Source of the DNA: Paraspadella gotoi
Taxonomy: Eukaryota; Animalia; Chaetognatha
DNA length: 64,000 bases
Reading direction: 5' to 3'
Assembly: GCA_051294375.1 (NCBI GenBank)
Contig: CM119267.1
Location: 13,401,081-13,465,080 of the forward strand
Of this stretch, positions 40,330 to 53,477 are shown piece by piece. How positions within the stretch are numbered: the first letter of the stretch is position 1; each line of letters starts with the position of its first letter. The notes below the pieces were generated by a model that saw only the letters and a list, made by a program, of their open reading frames with translations, was not told the DNA's origin and did not search any database. The translations under genes were made by a program, and so were the position numbers.

Positions 40330-41200
40330 CACAGTGATCCAAATGGCCTTAATTTCTAGATAAACCTCTTTTTTTAGCAAAAACAACTTTTTCTCGTATG
40401 CTGATTATCATAGATGTCCTCTGAGGTTGTTAGAAATGTTTCAGATAATAAAAAGTGATTTCAAAAAATATGGAGAAAAAATTCATTTACCGCCAAATTT
40501 GGTTCTTAAAAAAATCATTTATGGTAGTTGAACAACTTTTGATTTATAATTTTGATATTAAAAATAAATTGACCCAACTTAATATTTTTTTCTTTATTAT
40601 ATTATAAGTAATAGGTGTATATTTGCTAAATATAAAATCATTAATTTAATCTTTTTAAAAGTGTGTTAAGCTAATTAAGATCAGAAAATCGGTCAAAGAA
40701 AAGAATCATATAGTAATTTCTGAAGAATATCGAATTCTTTTTTATTATTTTTGGAATGAAAAGCATTTTTTGATTTCTCAAAATGGCGGACGAATGCGGA
40801 TGAGATGTAATTGATAACTGATTAGTGAGAAGATATATCATTAGGAACTAAATCTGGTTGATTGAAATCGGCTGAAATTCTATGAGTTTTTACTATGTTT
40901 TTCATATCATACATAGTGACATAATATAAAAATATTTTTTATATTTGTTAACAAACTAGACAAAGAGCTTTAATCAGAACAAAGTCAAACAATTTTTCTC
41001 TTCCACCCATCTGGGTGAAACAAACCTCTCAAAGACTCACCCGAAATAGAGATTTGCTTATAACTTGAGAAAGAATAATTTTTGGAAACTGTTATCTTAC
41101 ATAAGACTTTGTACCATTATTATGGAAAGACTGAAAATGCATTTATGCCCGTATGTTCAGGTGGCTTTTATCCGGTTTTATTTTTTTTTGGATCACTGTG
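40330..41200. mobile_element. non-autonomous Transib/RAG-like DNA transposon, copy 2
   Basis: TIR CACAGTGATCCAAA; 5-bp TSD CCCTG (40325-40329 and 41201-41205). The empty site gagcccctgcagagccagc is present in the host repeat near 36950. Confidence 0.88.
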
Positions 41201-42080
41201 CCCTGCAGAGCCAGCTGCAGAATCAAAAGGCAGCAGCAGAAGCAGCAGAAAAAAAGAGAGAAAAAGAATAAGTCCCTGAAGAGCCAGCTGCAGACTCGTT
41301 CTTTTAGTCGGATCTGCTTTCAGCTTTCTGCTTTCTGCTTTCAGCAGATCCCGACTCTATAATTAACTTTGTCGGTCCGTCAATCCGCCCTCTCAATCTT
41401 GTCGGACATTCACTTATATCATGTCAGAACATCGAATTATGATAAATTATGCAAAAAAAAATGATGTCCGTCCGTCCGTCTGTCCATCCACCTTAGCAAA
41501 AAACACCAATTACTCGTGATTGGATGGATGGATTGGAATGAAATTTTGTATGTGGGAAGGGAAGTGTATGATTGAGCTGGATATGAAGTTTCGATGGAAT
41601 TGTCCGAGTGGAAAAGAGTTTAAATGGAAAAAAAAATATTTGACTATTTGAACACCAACTACTAATGGATAGGGCGATTGACTTGAAATTTTGTATTTGG
41701 ATAGAAACGTATGTGATTAAACTGGAAATCAAGTTTTGATGGAATCGTTTGAGTGGAAATGAGTTTAAATGGAAAAAACAAAGAACCTGTTTCACTAATT
41801 GATTATGCTTCTTTTTCTTTTTATTTTAAATGTAAATGCAAGATGTATTAATTAATGAAATAATTAATCAGTTAATTAATCAATTAGTCAATTAATTAAT
41901 CAATAATTAATTAATCAGTCAATTAATCAATCAAATCAATTAATTAATTGCCTAATTAATTAAATAATAAACTTGAATAAATTAATTATTAATTAAATAA
42001 TTAACTTGAATTAATTATTAATTAATTAATAATTAATTAAAAGAGAAAAGAGAGAGAGAAAGAAATATAAAATAAAAGAT

Positions 42081-43318
42081 AAAAAATCTTAAAAGAATAG
42101 GATCGAGCCTCCCTTCAATGATAACCAAATATTGATGCGATGATAACCAAAGGGTTGATGCGATGATAACCAAATGATTGATGGGATGATAACCAAATGA
42201 TCGATGTGATGATAACCAAATGATTGATGTGATAATAACCAAATGGTTGATGCGATGATAGTCATTCATTGATGTGATGAGAATCATTCATTGATACGAT
42301 GATAGTCATTCATTGATGCTATGATAGTCATTCATTGACGCAATGAAACATTCATCATAAATAAAATAAACAAATGCGTGTATGAGTGAAAGAGAGAGAG
42401 AAAGAGAGAGAGAGAAAGAGAATAACTCCACGAAAATCTCGGATATAAATTTTGATAAATTTTGCATAGAGAAAAAAGCGCGGAATAAATGGCGATAATA
42501 AAAGTTTAAAAAAAAAAATAATCAAAATTTTTTAAAAAACGATCACGCAAAAGATCGTACAGAGAGAAAGAGACAGAAAGAGAAAGACATACAGAGACAG
42601 AGAGAGAAAGAGAGAGAGAGAAAGCTGGACAGCGGCTGGAAGGCAGCTGAACAATCACGGCAGAGCCTGAACTCGTTTTTAAAAGGTTCAGAAAAGGCAG
42701 CAACTAACAAAAATAATTTAAAGAAATAAAAGAAAGGAAAAAAATGTTACAATTGTTTACAATTGGAAATTGTTACAATTTTTTCCAATCATAGCTTGTA
42801 AAAGATTTTATTTTTATTTGTATTAAAATTAAGATATAGCTTCTCATTAAAAAGGTCCTGTGATTTCCCATTTTTATTATAGATTTTAAAATTTTTTTTG
42901 AATTTCATCTTCAATATTATATACTGCAATATGTAAATTAGATTAAAGCATTTCTATATACTAATTTGGATATTATAATGAGTACTATAATCTCATTTGC
43001 ATATTGCAGTAAATCATAATGAAGTGGAAATTCAAACAAAAAATACTTGAATCCAAATGTAATATAAAAATTTCAGAGCTATTTCAAGATGAGAAGCCAT
43101 ATCTAAATTTTTAACTTACTATGATCGCACACTTTTATAAAACTTCATTGTAATTTATAATAATTTTTATTTAAAAAAAAATGGTAAGTCCCAGCCAAAA
43201 CTATAAAAGTGTAGTAGTTTTTATATAAAAATGCGTGACATCGACGACGACGTCACAAAGAAGCTCACCCGAATCAATATCGAGCCTCAATCGGCTTCGC
43301 CGGTAGGCTCGATAAAAA
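42081..43318 (-). mobile_element. Helentron-associated/DINE-1-like element, family B
   Basis: Full-length reverse-complement copy of 27291-28530. Other copies or fragments at ~24233-24805, 39000-39630, 44520-44710, 60815-61550 and 62470-63710. Confidence 0.72.
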
Positions 43319-45047
43319 TAATTAGCCTCCAATTTAGTAATTATCTTTCTCTCTGTCTCTCTTAATTCTGTAAGTTCCAAAGTTTAATATTTCAGAGATT
43401 CACAGAAACTCGGCGCCTATTTTATAAACATTTTATCTAAGTAGAATAAACAAAGAAAGACAGACGAGAAGGAGGCCGAGAATTAAGCGCATTCCATTTT
43501 TAGATCTCAAAGTAAATTCGAAAACAGACTTGTCAAAAATGTACTACCTAGCTCTCTATCTAACATCTTTAAGGGACACAGGTCATGTTACCAACAGTGG
43601 CTATCCAGCTTCTCTCTCTTTCTTTTAATTATATGTCGCTCTCTCTCTCTCTCTCTTTTTTTCTGAATAGGGGTAGCCCCACTCAATGGGGTAAGTCAAA
43701 AATTTAGAATGAGAACATGCTCAAACAAAAATTTCTATATTTTTAAGTATACTTTCAATTTCTTATATGGCTCTATACCCAAATATTTATTTTTTAATAT
43801 TTAATTATAGATAGGAAAGGAGTTGGTCCCTATTCATATTTGTCTAAAAACGAGTTCAGCTCTGCAGCGGCTGTCCAGCGGCTGTCCAGTAAGACATGCC
43901 AAAATTGAACACTTTTTATAATTTCTAGTTTTTTCAAAAAAATTTATTTTTTCATTCTACGACTAAATTGATTTTCAATGCAACTTTTTGAATTAGTTTA
44001 TTGGGTTGTTACACTGAAGCTTTTAAATATTTATTAATATATAACAAATGACATTGTATTATATACTCAATAAACATTTCCTAATAACAAATAACAAAAA
44101 AAAATTTTTTTAATTTTATTTTTTAAGATCGAATTTCTATAGAGCTTGAAAAGTTAAATGAAAGTTAGTTCTACAATATTTTTAAATTTTGACAATATAT
44201 TGGTTAAAAATAGAAAAAAACCTTATAAAATCATCATTATCATCATCATTGGCTGAATTTTATAGTTTTTGAAAATTTTCATTAATAAACAAAAAAAATT
44301 TAAAAAGTTGTATTAATAACCTTTAACTTTAACTCTATCAGAATCAATGAAAAAAAAAAAAATTCAAAAAAAAATTTTAACTTTATATCGTGATAAAATA
44401 ATCTTTAAAAACTATTTTCATTTTCATATTCTCTTGCAGTCACTTAACCATTATTTAGTTGAGAGAACAACATGTTCCGGCCTACTGTAAAGCTTCTCTC
44501 TCTTTTTTTTTTTTTCTCTCTCTCTTATTGACTCATTGTGTCAATGAATGACTATCATCACATCAATGAATGATTATTATCGCATCAATGAATGACTATC
44601 ATCGCATCCATCATTTGGTTATCATCGCATCAATATTTGGTTATCATCACATCAATAATTTTGTTATCATCGCATCTATATTTGGGTATCATCGCATCAA
44701 TAATCAATTCCTATTACATCAATGAATTACTATTACATCAATCAATCAATAAATCAATAATTTGTTATTGCATCAATCATTCGTTTTTTTCTTGGATTTT
44801 TTCATTAATTTTCTTTGATAGCGCCGTCTGGCGAGCTCACTCTTCTTTTAAGATTTTTTTCAAGGTTTTCCCAAAGTACCTATTCCTTTGGTCCCTCGCT
44901 CAATCTTTGTTTCTGCCATAATTTTTACTGTTCTCGTTCTCTCTCTCTCTCTCTCACTCTCTCTCTGTTTCTCTCTTTCTCTCCCGATCCGATCCCCAGC
45001 GCATCTGTCAATTGAGAACGTTGATTCATTGTTTCGAAATTTCTCAC

Positions 45048-45176
45048 CTTGTTGCTAGGCGCGACCTCAACAACTGTCGCAGCAGCTGTTGCAACAATTG
45101 CTGTAGTCTTTTGTTCTCTTGCTGCAGACGGTCGACCTCATTACGCAGAGTTGTGATTTTTTTTTCGCTGACGATT
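45048..45176 (-). CDS. candidate coiled-coil exon (formin coiled-coil region or a separate small gene)
   Basis: Long polypyrimidine tract then cgacag|, donor aag|gtgaga. Only the phase-2 frame is open: IVSEKKITTLRNEVDRLQQENKRLQQLLQQLLRQLLRSRLAT (heptad pattern). Its exit phase (2) does not join exon 25685 (phase 1) directly. Confidence 0.55.
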
Positions 45177-45270
45177 CTGTCGTCGGAGAAAAGAGAAGAG
45201 AAAAAAAATGGTAAAAACCAAAACCTGCCTCGTTAGGAAACGAACAATATAGAAGCAATCATTAGATTTA

Positions 45271-47376
45271 TTAGATACCTTATATGACAGCTAATTTTAA
45301 TTTTTTTTTTATATATTTTTATGCCAGTCCCTGGAGGATGCTCTCAATATTCACTTGCAGTTTCCGAGATATGGTCATAAACGTCAGCCTTGAAAGGCAA
45401 AATTTGTCAGAATAACATTTTTGAGTTTCTCTAAAGATTTCTGATGCGCTAGTACTAACTATTTAAAAAAAAAAAAGAAAATGTTTTGCTGATTTCTACA
45501 AGTATTTGCTATAAATGAGTTATATGATGGGTACAACTGAAAGTGATGTCTCTAGATGACGAAAAATTGTTTTTTAATTTAAAATTTAAGTATTGTACTA
45601 ATAGGAATAAGTGAGTCACTCCTGCTTTGCCGAAATTTTTATTTAACAAAGATTTGTACTGCGTAGTTCAAATCTTAAGTTCTTTAACGGTAAAAAAAAG
45701 TTATTTTCTTAAATAACTTTTGAAAGAAAAGAGGTAGCAAGGTGGGTGTAGTATCAAATTAAAGCCCTAATCATGGGACAGCTTTTTAAAATCGTTTTAT
45801 TAAATTTTATCCATAAATATTTATACAGCTTTTTTTTAATAATAGTTAAAAGTATAATAGTTTTTTGTATTAAAAATTTCAATGAAGGCATATGAATTTT
45901 TTTGTTTTCTTTTGTAATTTGAAAAAGGAAAGACTCAATTACATTTTGATTACCATTAAATTTTCTCTACTCCATAAAGTGAAAGCAGATCCGACTAAAA
46001 ACCTCGTTTAAAAATTCCATCGGGAAGTGGGGTAACTAAGGCTTACCAATAGCATCTTCCACACTGATCGTTCTCTCAAATAATTTTTTTTATTTAATAC
46101 ATTTGAAAGGAAAAAAAATAAAATTCAGAATGCAGGTTGCAGAAAGGGTACAAATAATCTGGATATACTGATATGATTTTCATGACCTCTTATGTCTTGT
46201 GAAAAGGGGGCAATAAAGAAACCTAAAAAATTTGATCATTAAGTCAGTCAATAAACTCTTTCCAATGGGCTATTCCGCGAAATTTTTTTCTTAATTAAAA
46301 TGGATGTTAAATAATAGAACTAAATTCCTTGTATAAAGGTTGTTATGTTTAAAAGAAAATTATCAATACAATTTAACACAATGATGTCTTGCTTTGTAAA
46401 ATATGTCGCAAGCTATGTAATTTAAAAAAAATTTTATTATGATGAACAAGCAGTGTGTCAAGCTTTTTGTTTGCAGTTGAAGATAATGAAAAATGACGAT
46501 TTTTTTTCACAGACAAGAAGGTAGGCGTCCAGACTGTTTATATCAATTTGAAAATATTTTTGTATTTATCATTTTTCTAATTTAAAAAAACATTTTATCC
46601 AGCTACTTCATAAATTTTTACTTGAACTGAAAAATACAAGCAAATTTATGGAGTAGAGAAAATTTAATGGTAATCAAAATTTAATTTAGTCTTTCATTTT
46701 TCAAATTATAAAAGAAAAATTTAATATGCCTTCATTGAAATTTTTAATGAAAAAAAATATTATACTATTAACTCCGATTTAAATAAAAGCTGTGTAAAGA
46801 TTTATGGATAAAATTTAATAAAACTATTTTAGAAAGGTGACCCATGATTAAGACTTTAATTTGATTCCTCGCCCACATTCCTACCTCTTTTCTTTCAAAG
46901 TAATTCAAGAAAATAACTATTTTTTACCATTAGAGAACTAAGGATTTGAACTACGCAGTACAAAACTTTGTTAAATAAAAATTTTGGGAAAGCGGGAGTA
47001 TAATATAATATTATAATATACCTAAATTTCAAAATAAAACCTAAAGAAAAATTTTCCGTCCTCTAGAGACATCACTTTCAGGTGTACCCATCGTCTTACT
47101 CATTTATGGATTACGCTGAAAAAAATCAGTGAATCGTTTTTTATTTTTTTTTATAGTTTGTACTAGTGCGTCAGAAATCTAAGAAGGAACTCGAAAATTT
47201 TATTCTGACAAATTTTGCCTTTCAAGGCTGATGTTTATATATAAGTATATCTCGGAAACCATTGTAGGAATTTAAAAACGGTTTTTTGCAAGTGAATATT
47301 GATATCATCCTTCAGGGACTGGCATAAAAATATATAAAAAAACTAACTGATATTAGCTCTCGAGTGAGGTATCTAA
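45271..47376. mobile_element. fold-back element with ~700-bp inverted arms
   Basis: 45271-45978 is a diverged reverse complement of 46645-47376 (TTAGATACCT...AGGTATCTAA). Another partial copy lies at ~51450-51640. Confidence 0.75.
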
Positions 47377-47562
47377 GTTAAAAAATAAGATGATTATCAG
47401 CTCGCCTAATTTTCTTTAAAAAATGAGTAATAAAAAAATAATTTTCAAGTTTTAAATTTTTTTTCTGGAAAAGGGTAAGGGTTGGCATTAAAAAACCCTC
47501 CCAAAAAAAACCAGCTAAAAAAAAACCCAAAAAACTACTGAATTAAAAATTATTCATTGCGC

Positions 47563-47823
47563 TATGGCAACAGCCGGGTTGCCTGTGATGCCCATTGGGA
47601 TGGGGCATCTCACTGTTGGCTTTGGGGGCTTCCGACCCTCAGTGACGCCTCCAGTCACTGGCGCGGTTACCCTAGGACGGTCTCGCTTTGCCAACGCAGA
47701 GGGAAGTCGTTAGGACTGTGGATGGAACACTACATTATACTACACTATGGTGTGTTCCCCCTCTGAGCCAATGGATTTGGCTGTAGGATGGTGGACGTGA
47801 GGCGGTGTGAATATACCGCCACA
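47563..47823 (-). mobile_element. solo LTR of TRIM family 3 with perfect TSD
   Basis: Single LTR copy flanked by 4-bp TSD GCGC (47559-47562 and 47824-47827). Confidence 0.88.
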
Positions 47824-48231
47824 GCGCTTGATTATTAAGAGATGCAATGAGCCATCTATTTGACGACTTTGACATCTTCACAAAAAAAATTCATTTCAAG
47901 TTGTTAATGAAGATCAATTTAAATAATATTTTAACAGAAAAAAGTTAAACATTTCTCTATCTAATAAAAAACAGATTACGTTTATCTCGATGCAGCAACC
48001 CATGGAAATGATTTCTTTCGTGTCACTGGATTTGGCTCACGGGGTAAAAATTAAAATTGAAATTCGTGGATCTCTCTTTATCATTTCATACATGAACTAA
48101 AAAGATGTTTTAATTACCCTTTCCCCGGGCAAATTTAATTCGCTATGTAAAAAACCCCATGGCAAAAACTAAACGTCACGCGTTCCTGATTTCGATAACG
48201 CATTTTCCATTAACGTGAGAGGCTGTCTCAC

Positions 48232-48384
48232 CTTTTGTAGTTCGGTGCCACGAGCGATAGTAAAACCCTCTCCATTTCTCTCGCATTCTCTTCCGCATCG
48301 TTGATTCATCCCATTCTGGCGACGTTGTCCCTCGTAGCGTAGTCAAGGAAAAATGACGCGGCGCCAGCGAAAGAGCGCGTCATT
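48232..48384 (-). CDS. candidate 5' exon (partly UTR, with possible start codon)
   Basis: GC-rich block with gtcgtttag| acceptor and aaag|gtgaga donor; each frame has an early stop. MERVLLSLVAPNYK(R) joins exon 45176 in phase 2; MRKRMREKWRGFYYRSWHRTTK joins exon 25685 in phase 1. Confidence 0.4.
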
Positions 48385-51300
48385 CTAAACGACAAACGAG
48401 GCCAGGAGAAATATCAGGGGGGGGATGGGGGAATGGCGTTTTGGACCAAGGCAAAAATCGTCATGCGGAAGTCGAGCAGACATTTGCGCTATCTTTTATT
48501 GTTTATAACTTTATGAAAATTTGAAAATTACTTGTTTCACTATTTTCTATTTTTATATTTTATGAAGGATTTAGTATTTAATCTTATTATTTAATCAAAT
48601 ATATATTGCTTTCTTTCTTAAAAATGTTTTATTTATCTAATAATTCACTTTGGGAAGGGGAAGTCAGTGTTGTCTTCTGGAAATAGAGGGAGCATCTATA
48701 CAACACAAGGTTAGATTACTATCTGTCCTAGTTTTCTAATAGATATCACACATCATTTCTGTTAGAAAGTCATTAATGAAAAATCATAATATCTAAGAGG
48801 CTTAACAGAAAGGGGTTATATTTTTCTTTCGAAATGTTATTGCCTCGAAAATATTTACGGTTTCGATAAAAAGCTTTTTCTGTAAACCTTTGTAAAAATA
48901 AATATGATTGTACATAGAAGGGCTGCAGGAAAAAAGATTCGCTCTCTCTCTCTCTCTCGCCTGGAAAGGAAAGGAAATGAAAAATTTATTCTGTTGGTCT
49001 TGCAGTCCATTTTCTGTTTTTATCTATTTTCGGCGATCAAGTGCACTTCTTTATTGACTCATGAGGAAATTTAACAGTCTTGAGTCAAGACTGTTAAATT
49101 TCTTATATTTTTAAATATATCCATAAAAATAACCAAAATAATGATATAAAACGTAATATTTTAAAATTTTTTTATTAGTTAAAACTTCTATGTAAATAGT
49201 CTAATAGCCTTAAAGAGAAGCAGAAACGTGTGAGGCGTAAACTGAGTTTCTTAATAAAAAACATGTAATTAATCATTTTTAACCTTATCCTTTAAGCTTA
49301 TTGCAACAATCTAACAACTACTCAACTAATCTGTGGCTGTGAAAGATCAGAAGGGAAGGAGCATGTGAAAGATTCACGAGAAAAGACGATTCGCCTTCCA
49401 TTTCCTTTTAAGTAAAAGGATTCTAACTTTCTAAGTCAACAGGGATTAGAGGAAACTTGCATCTGCGTTCTCCTCGGTAATCCAAAGTTGCGAGACAGAG
49501 AAGGGAGAAAACCAAAAGAAAGAGAGAGAAAGTATTGCTCATTGTTGGAATAAATCTTTTGTGCAGTCGATTAATTTCGACATTATCCGGAAAGCAATTG
49601 ACGACGACGACGACGAAGAGAGCAAGGGCGACCATTGACGTTCGCCAATAAAATATATTTTTCCCCTGGAACTCATATCAAGATTTGACCTTTGTGGTAG
49701 CGGTAGCCGACCAAATTCAAATTTTAATGGGAACAGCATTAAACTAATCCATTATTAGTATTAATTATTATGTTAATATTTTTTTGCAAAAATGTTCCGA
49801 ACCATGAGTAATTCGCTAATTAAAATTATTATATTGCTATATAATGTCAAAATTTTTTTTGATTTTTTAAGTTTTTTAATTGATTCTGATAGAGCTCAAA
49901 AAGTTAAGCAAAAAATATTATTACAACTATTATTTTTATATTACAATTATTTATAAAAATTACTAAAAATTACTAAAATCATCAGATGATGATAATGATA
50001 ATAATTTTTAAAGATTTTTCTCAAAAAAAAAAATTATTATTTAATCTCATTCTAAGACAAAAAAAAAATTTTTTTGGAAATACTCATTTATAGTATTATA
50101 ATGCTTCTGGCAAGGTATACATTGCATTTTGGTTTAAAATAATTTGAAGTAAGCAGGTTAGGGTTTGGGTTTGGGTTTGGGTTTCATTTTTACTAAAACT
50201 TAATTTTATCAAAAAAATTATTAATGATATTATTAGATAATTAAGTTAATCATGTAAGATTTCTGAATGCATAATAAAAGGGTCAAAACGGTAAGAAATA
50301 AAAGTATTTGACGATTAAGGCCTATTCGTTAAAATCTTCTTAAAATTTTATCTTACTTACCTGAATAGAAATTAAATAAGTTTAATTTGGATAGTGATGA
50401 AAAGCTTAAAATCAGGTCAATTGAAGATAAGACAACACTGTCATGTTCAGAAACAACCACTGAAAATACTAACAAGTATGGCTTTTATCATATGCAATAC
50501 AATGCGAGCGCATAAAAACGACTAACTGTTTTGAAAACATTCTCGGCGCTTTGTACTTGCTTAAAAATATCTTTTGTTTTATTGCATATAAAGGTAAAAA
50601 GCCAGAAAAAGCTTTTTCAACTCATTTTATTATTGTATCTCAAATCGTTCAGACAGGGCAGGACGTTAAGTTTTGTCTCGATATAGGGTCCCATCCCTGT
50701 ATGTGCCATGTACATACACTACTGGACATTACTGTGTCTGACCATAACTCTTGACAATCAACAAAAAATCTAATTAGATCAAAAATAGGAAAAAAGATAA
50801 AACAATATAGCTCAAAATGCTTACAAAATTTTAGACCATTGCTTTTATAATGCAAAAAAAAATTAATATTATTAAAAAGAAACTTTAACAATAACTTAAT
50901 AGTTAACCCAGACCAAAATGAATATTTTTTACCAATCATTTCTTCAATTTATATGAATTATTAGCTTGTAATCTGAATAAACAATATGACAAATTCATTT
51001 TCAATTTTTTTTATGAATAGGAAGTTTTTTTCTGCTTACTCCCCTTGTGTCTAATTATCTAATATTTTAAAGGTATTTTCAAAACCTTATATAATTACTA
51101 TATTTTTCACTTTTTTTTCAATTCTATCAAACAAAGACAACATCATAAAAACATTTTAAATTAATAAAAAAAATTGATTGAATGATATTTTAAAAAAATA
51201 TTTTGAAACTTGAGAATAATGGATTTCGAGTTAAAAAAAAATTTGCAATTGTAAAAAAATCAGCCTCTAGACTTTTCATTTTTCTAGAGGTTGATTTTTT

Positions 51301-53393
51301 TATTTTTTTTATATTTTGATTTTCTATGCAAAACCATTATTCTCAATGAGCATAGGTCGGACGAACTATTTTTTTCAACAATTTGAAAAAAATTCAACTT
51401 TTCTATTTAGGATTTTTTGGGGAAATAATAAATAAATTCTAATACGACGAGTACATCTGAAAGTGATGTCTTTAAATTACAAAAAAAATTTTTTCAAGTT
51501 TTATTTTAAAATTTAAGTATTGTACCAATAAAAATAACTAATATATTCCCGCTTTGCCTAAATTTTTATTTAACAAACATTTGTACTACGTAGTTCAAAT
51601 CCTTAGTTCTTTAACGGTAAAAAAAGGTATTTTTTAAAATAATTGGCGATAATAAAAGTTTTTAGAAGGAAAAAAATAATCAGAGAGAGAGAGAGAAAGA
51701 TAGAGAGAAAGATTTAACCCTAATCTCTATCCCCTAATCTAACCTTATCCCTAACCGAAACCCTAAACAATTAATCCATCGTTCGAATTATCGTCGTTTT
51801 TGTCGATCCCTATCCTGACTATAACTCTTCCAGCCAAAGAGAGAGCGAGAGAGATTCGCTGCTCCGTCATACGACAAGGGGGCATCGAAGAGCATTTCGC
51901 CGACTTGGCACAATTCTCTCTCTCGCGACGTTTCAAACGTTAAAAATAATCACGATCTTCTTCAATCTTCACATTCGATATTTTTCTTCGCGGGAAACGG
52001 ACGAGGCAGCAGCCAGATATCATCTCGTCGTCGAGTCCCACTGCCACGGTCGTGTCTAGTCATGACCGTCGTAATGTATAGTAATAATATATTGGTTGTA
52101 CCCATTTCATAGTATAGTAATAGTATAGTAATAATTGAAAATTGAAAATTTTTAAATTTTAAGATCGGATTTGGATTCCTTACAAAAAGTTGATATAAGA
52201 AAGTATAATTCTTTTTTAAAAATTCTTTCATTAAGTTGGTTAAAAATGTAAAAAACTATATTTAAGACGTCGATTTTCAATTTCGAACTTAAAAATATAG
52301 TTTTTTATAATTTTAACCTACTTAATGAAAGAATTTTTGAAAAAGATTTATATTTTCTTTTATCAACTTTTAACGAGGAATCTGAATCTGTTCTCAGAAT
52401 GTAAAAAAAAATATTGAAATTTTGACATTATATAAGGGTAGTACTATATACAAAATAAGCTGACAGATTAATATTCACTAATATGATAGTTTTTAAGATA
52501 TAACTGCTAAATTTTGATTCCAAACTTTCACTTCACCCTACTGGACAGCCGCTGGACCGCCACTGCAGAACTGAACTCGTTTTTCGACTAATCTGAATAG
52601 GGTCGAACTCCTTTCCTTTCTATAAATAAATATTAAAAAATAAATATTTGGGTATAGAGCCATAAAAAATTTTTTTGTACATTGAAAGTATACTTTAAAA
52701 TGTATAAATTTTTGTCTGAGCATGTTCTCATTCTAAATTTTTGACTCACCCCAGAGGGGCTACCCCTATTCAGAAGGAAAAGAGAGAGAGAGAGAGAGCG
52801 ACATATAGTTAAAAGAGAGAGAGAGAGAAGCTAGACTTAGCCGCTGGACTTAGCCGCTAGACTTAGCCGCTGGACTTAATAAAATAATTTAATAATTATT
52901 TCAAACTTTCTTTTTTGATCTTGCGCGATCTTGCCGCTTTAACGATTTTTACTTTAAAAATATTTTAGTTTTGATTACCTTTTTTGATTTTGAGCGAGAG
53001 AAGCTAATTTTTACTTTATGGTATTTTTAATTATGTCATTCTCTTCATATTTTCAAGAGCTTTCAGAAGATGTTAATAATGACACCTTTATACATAATTT
53101 TTTTAAAAAAATGTTCAAAAAATTAAACAAAAAGATTAAAGAAAAAAAAAGTTCTAAAATGAAAGATGATTATGAAGGCAACGTTTCTCCGCTCATTGCC
53201 ACGTCAAATCAAAACCAATCAATATAAAATTAGGATATATAAATGATTTTAGTTTTTACTACAAAAAGAATTTTTAAGATTCAAAATAACCTTACAGGTT
53301 CATCAATGGCGATGTTTTTCTATCGGCGGGTTCCAGTGAGCCACCCTGTAGGCTTTTCGCCATTATTACAAATATGTGTTCTCACTATTTCGA

Positions 53394-53477
<84 letters not shown>

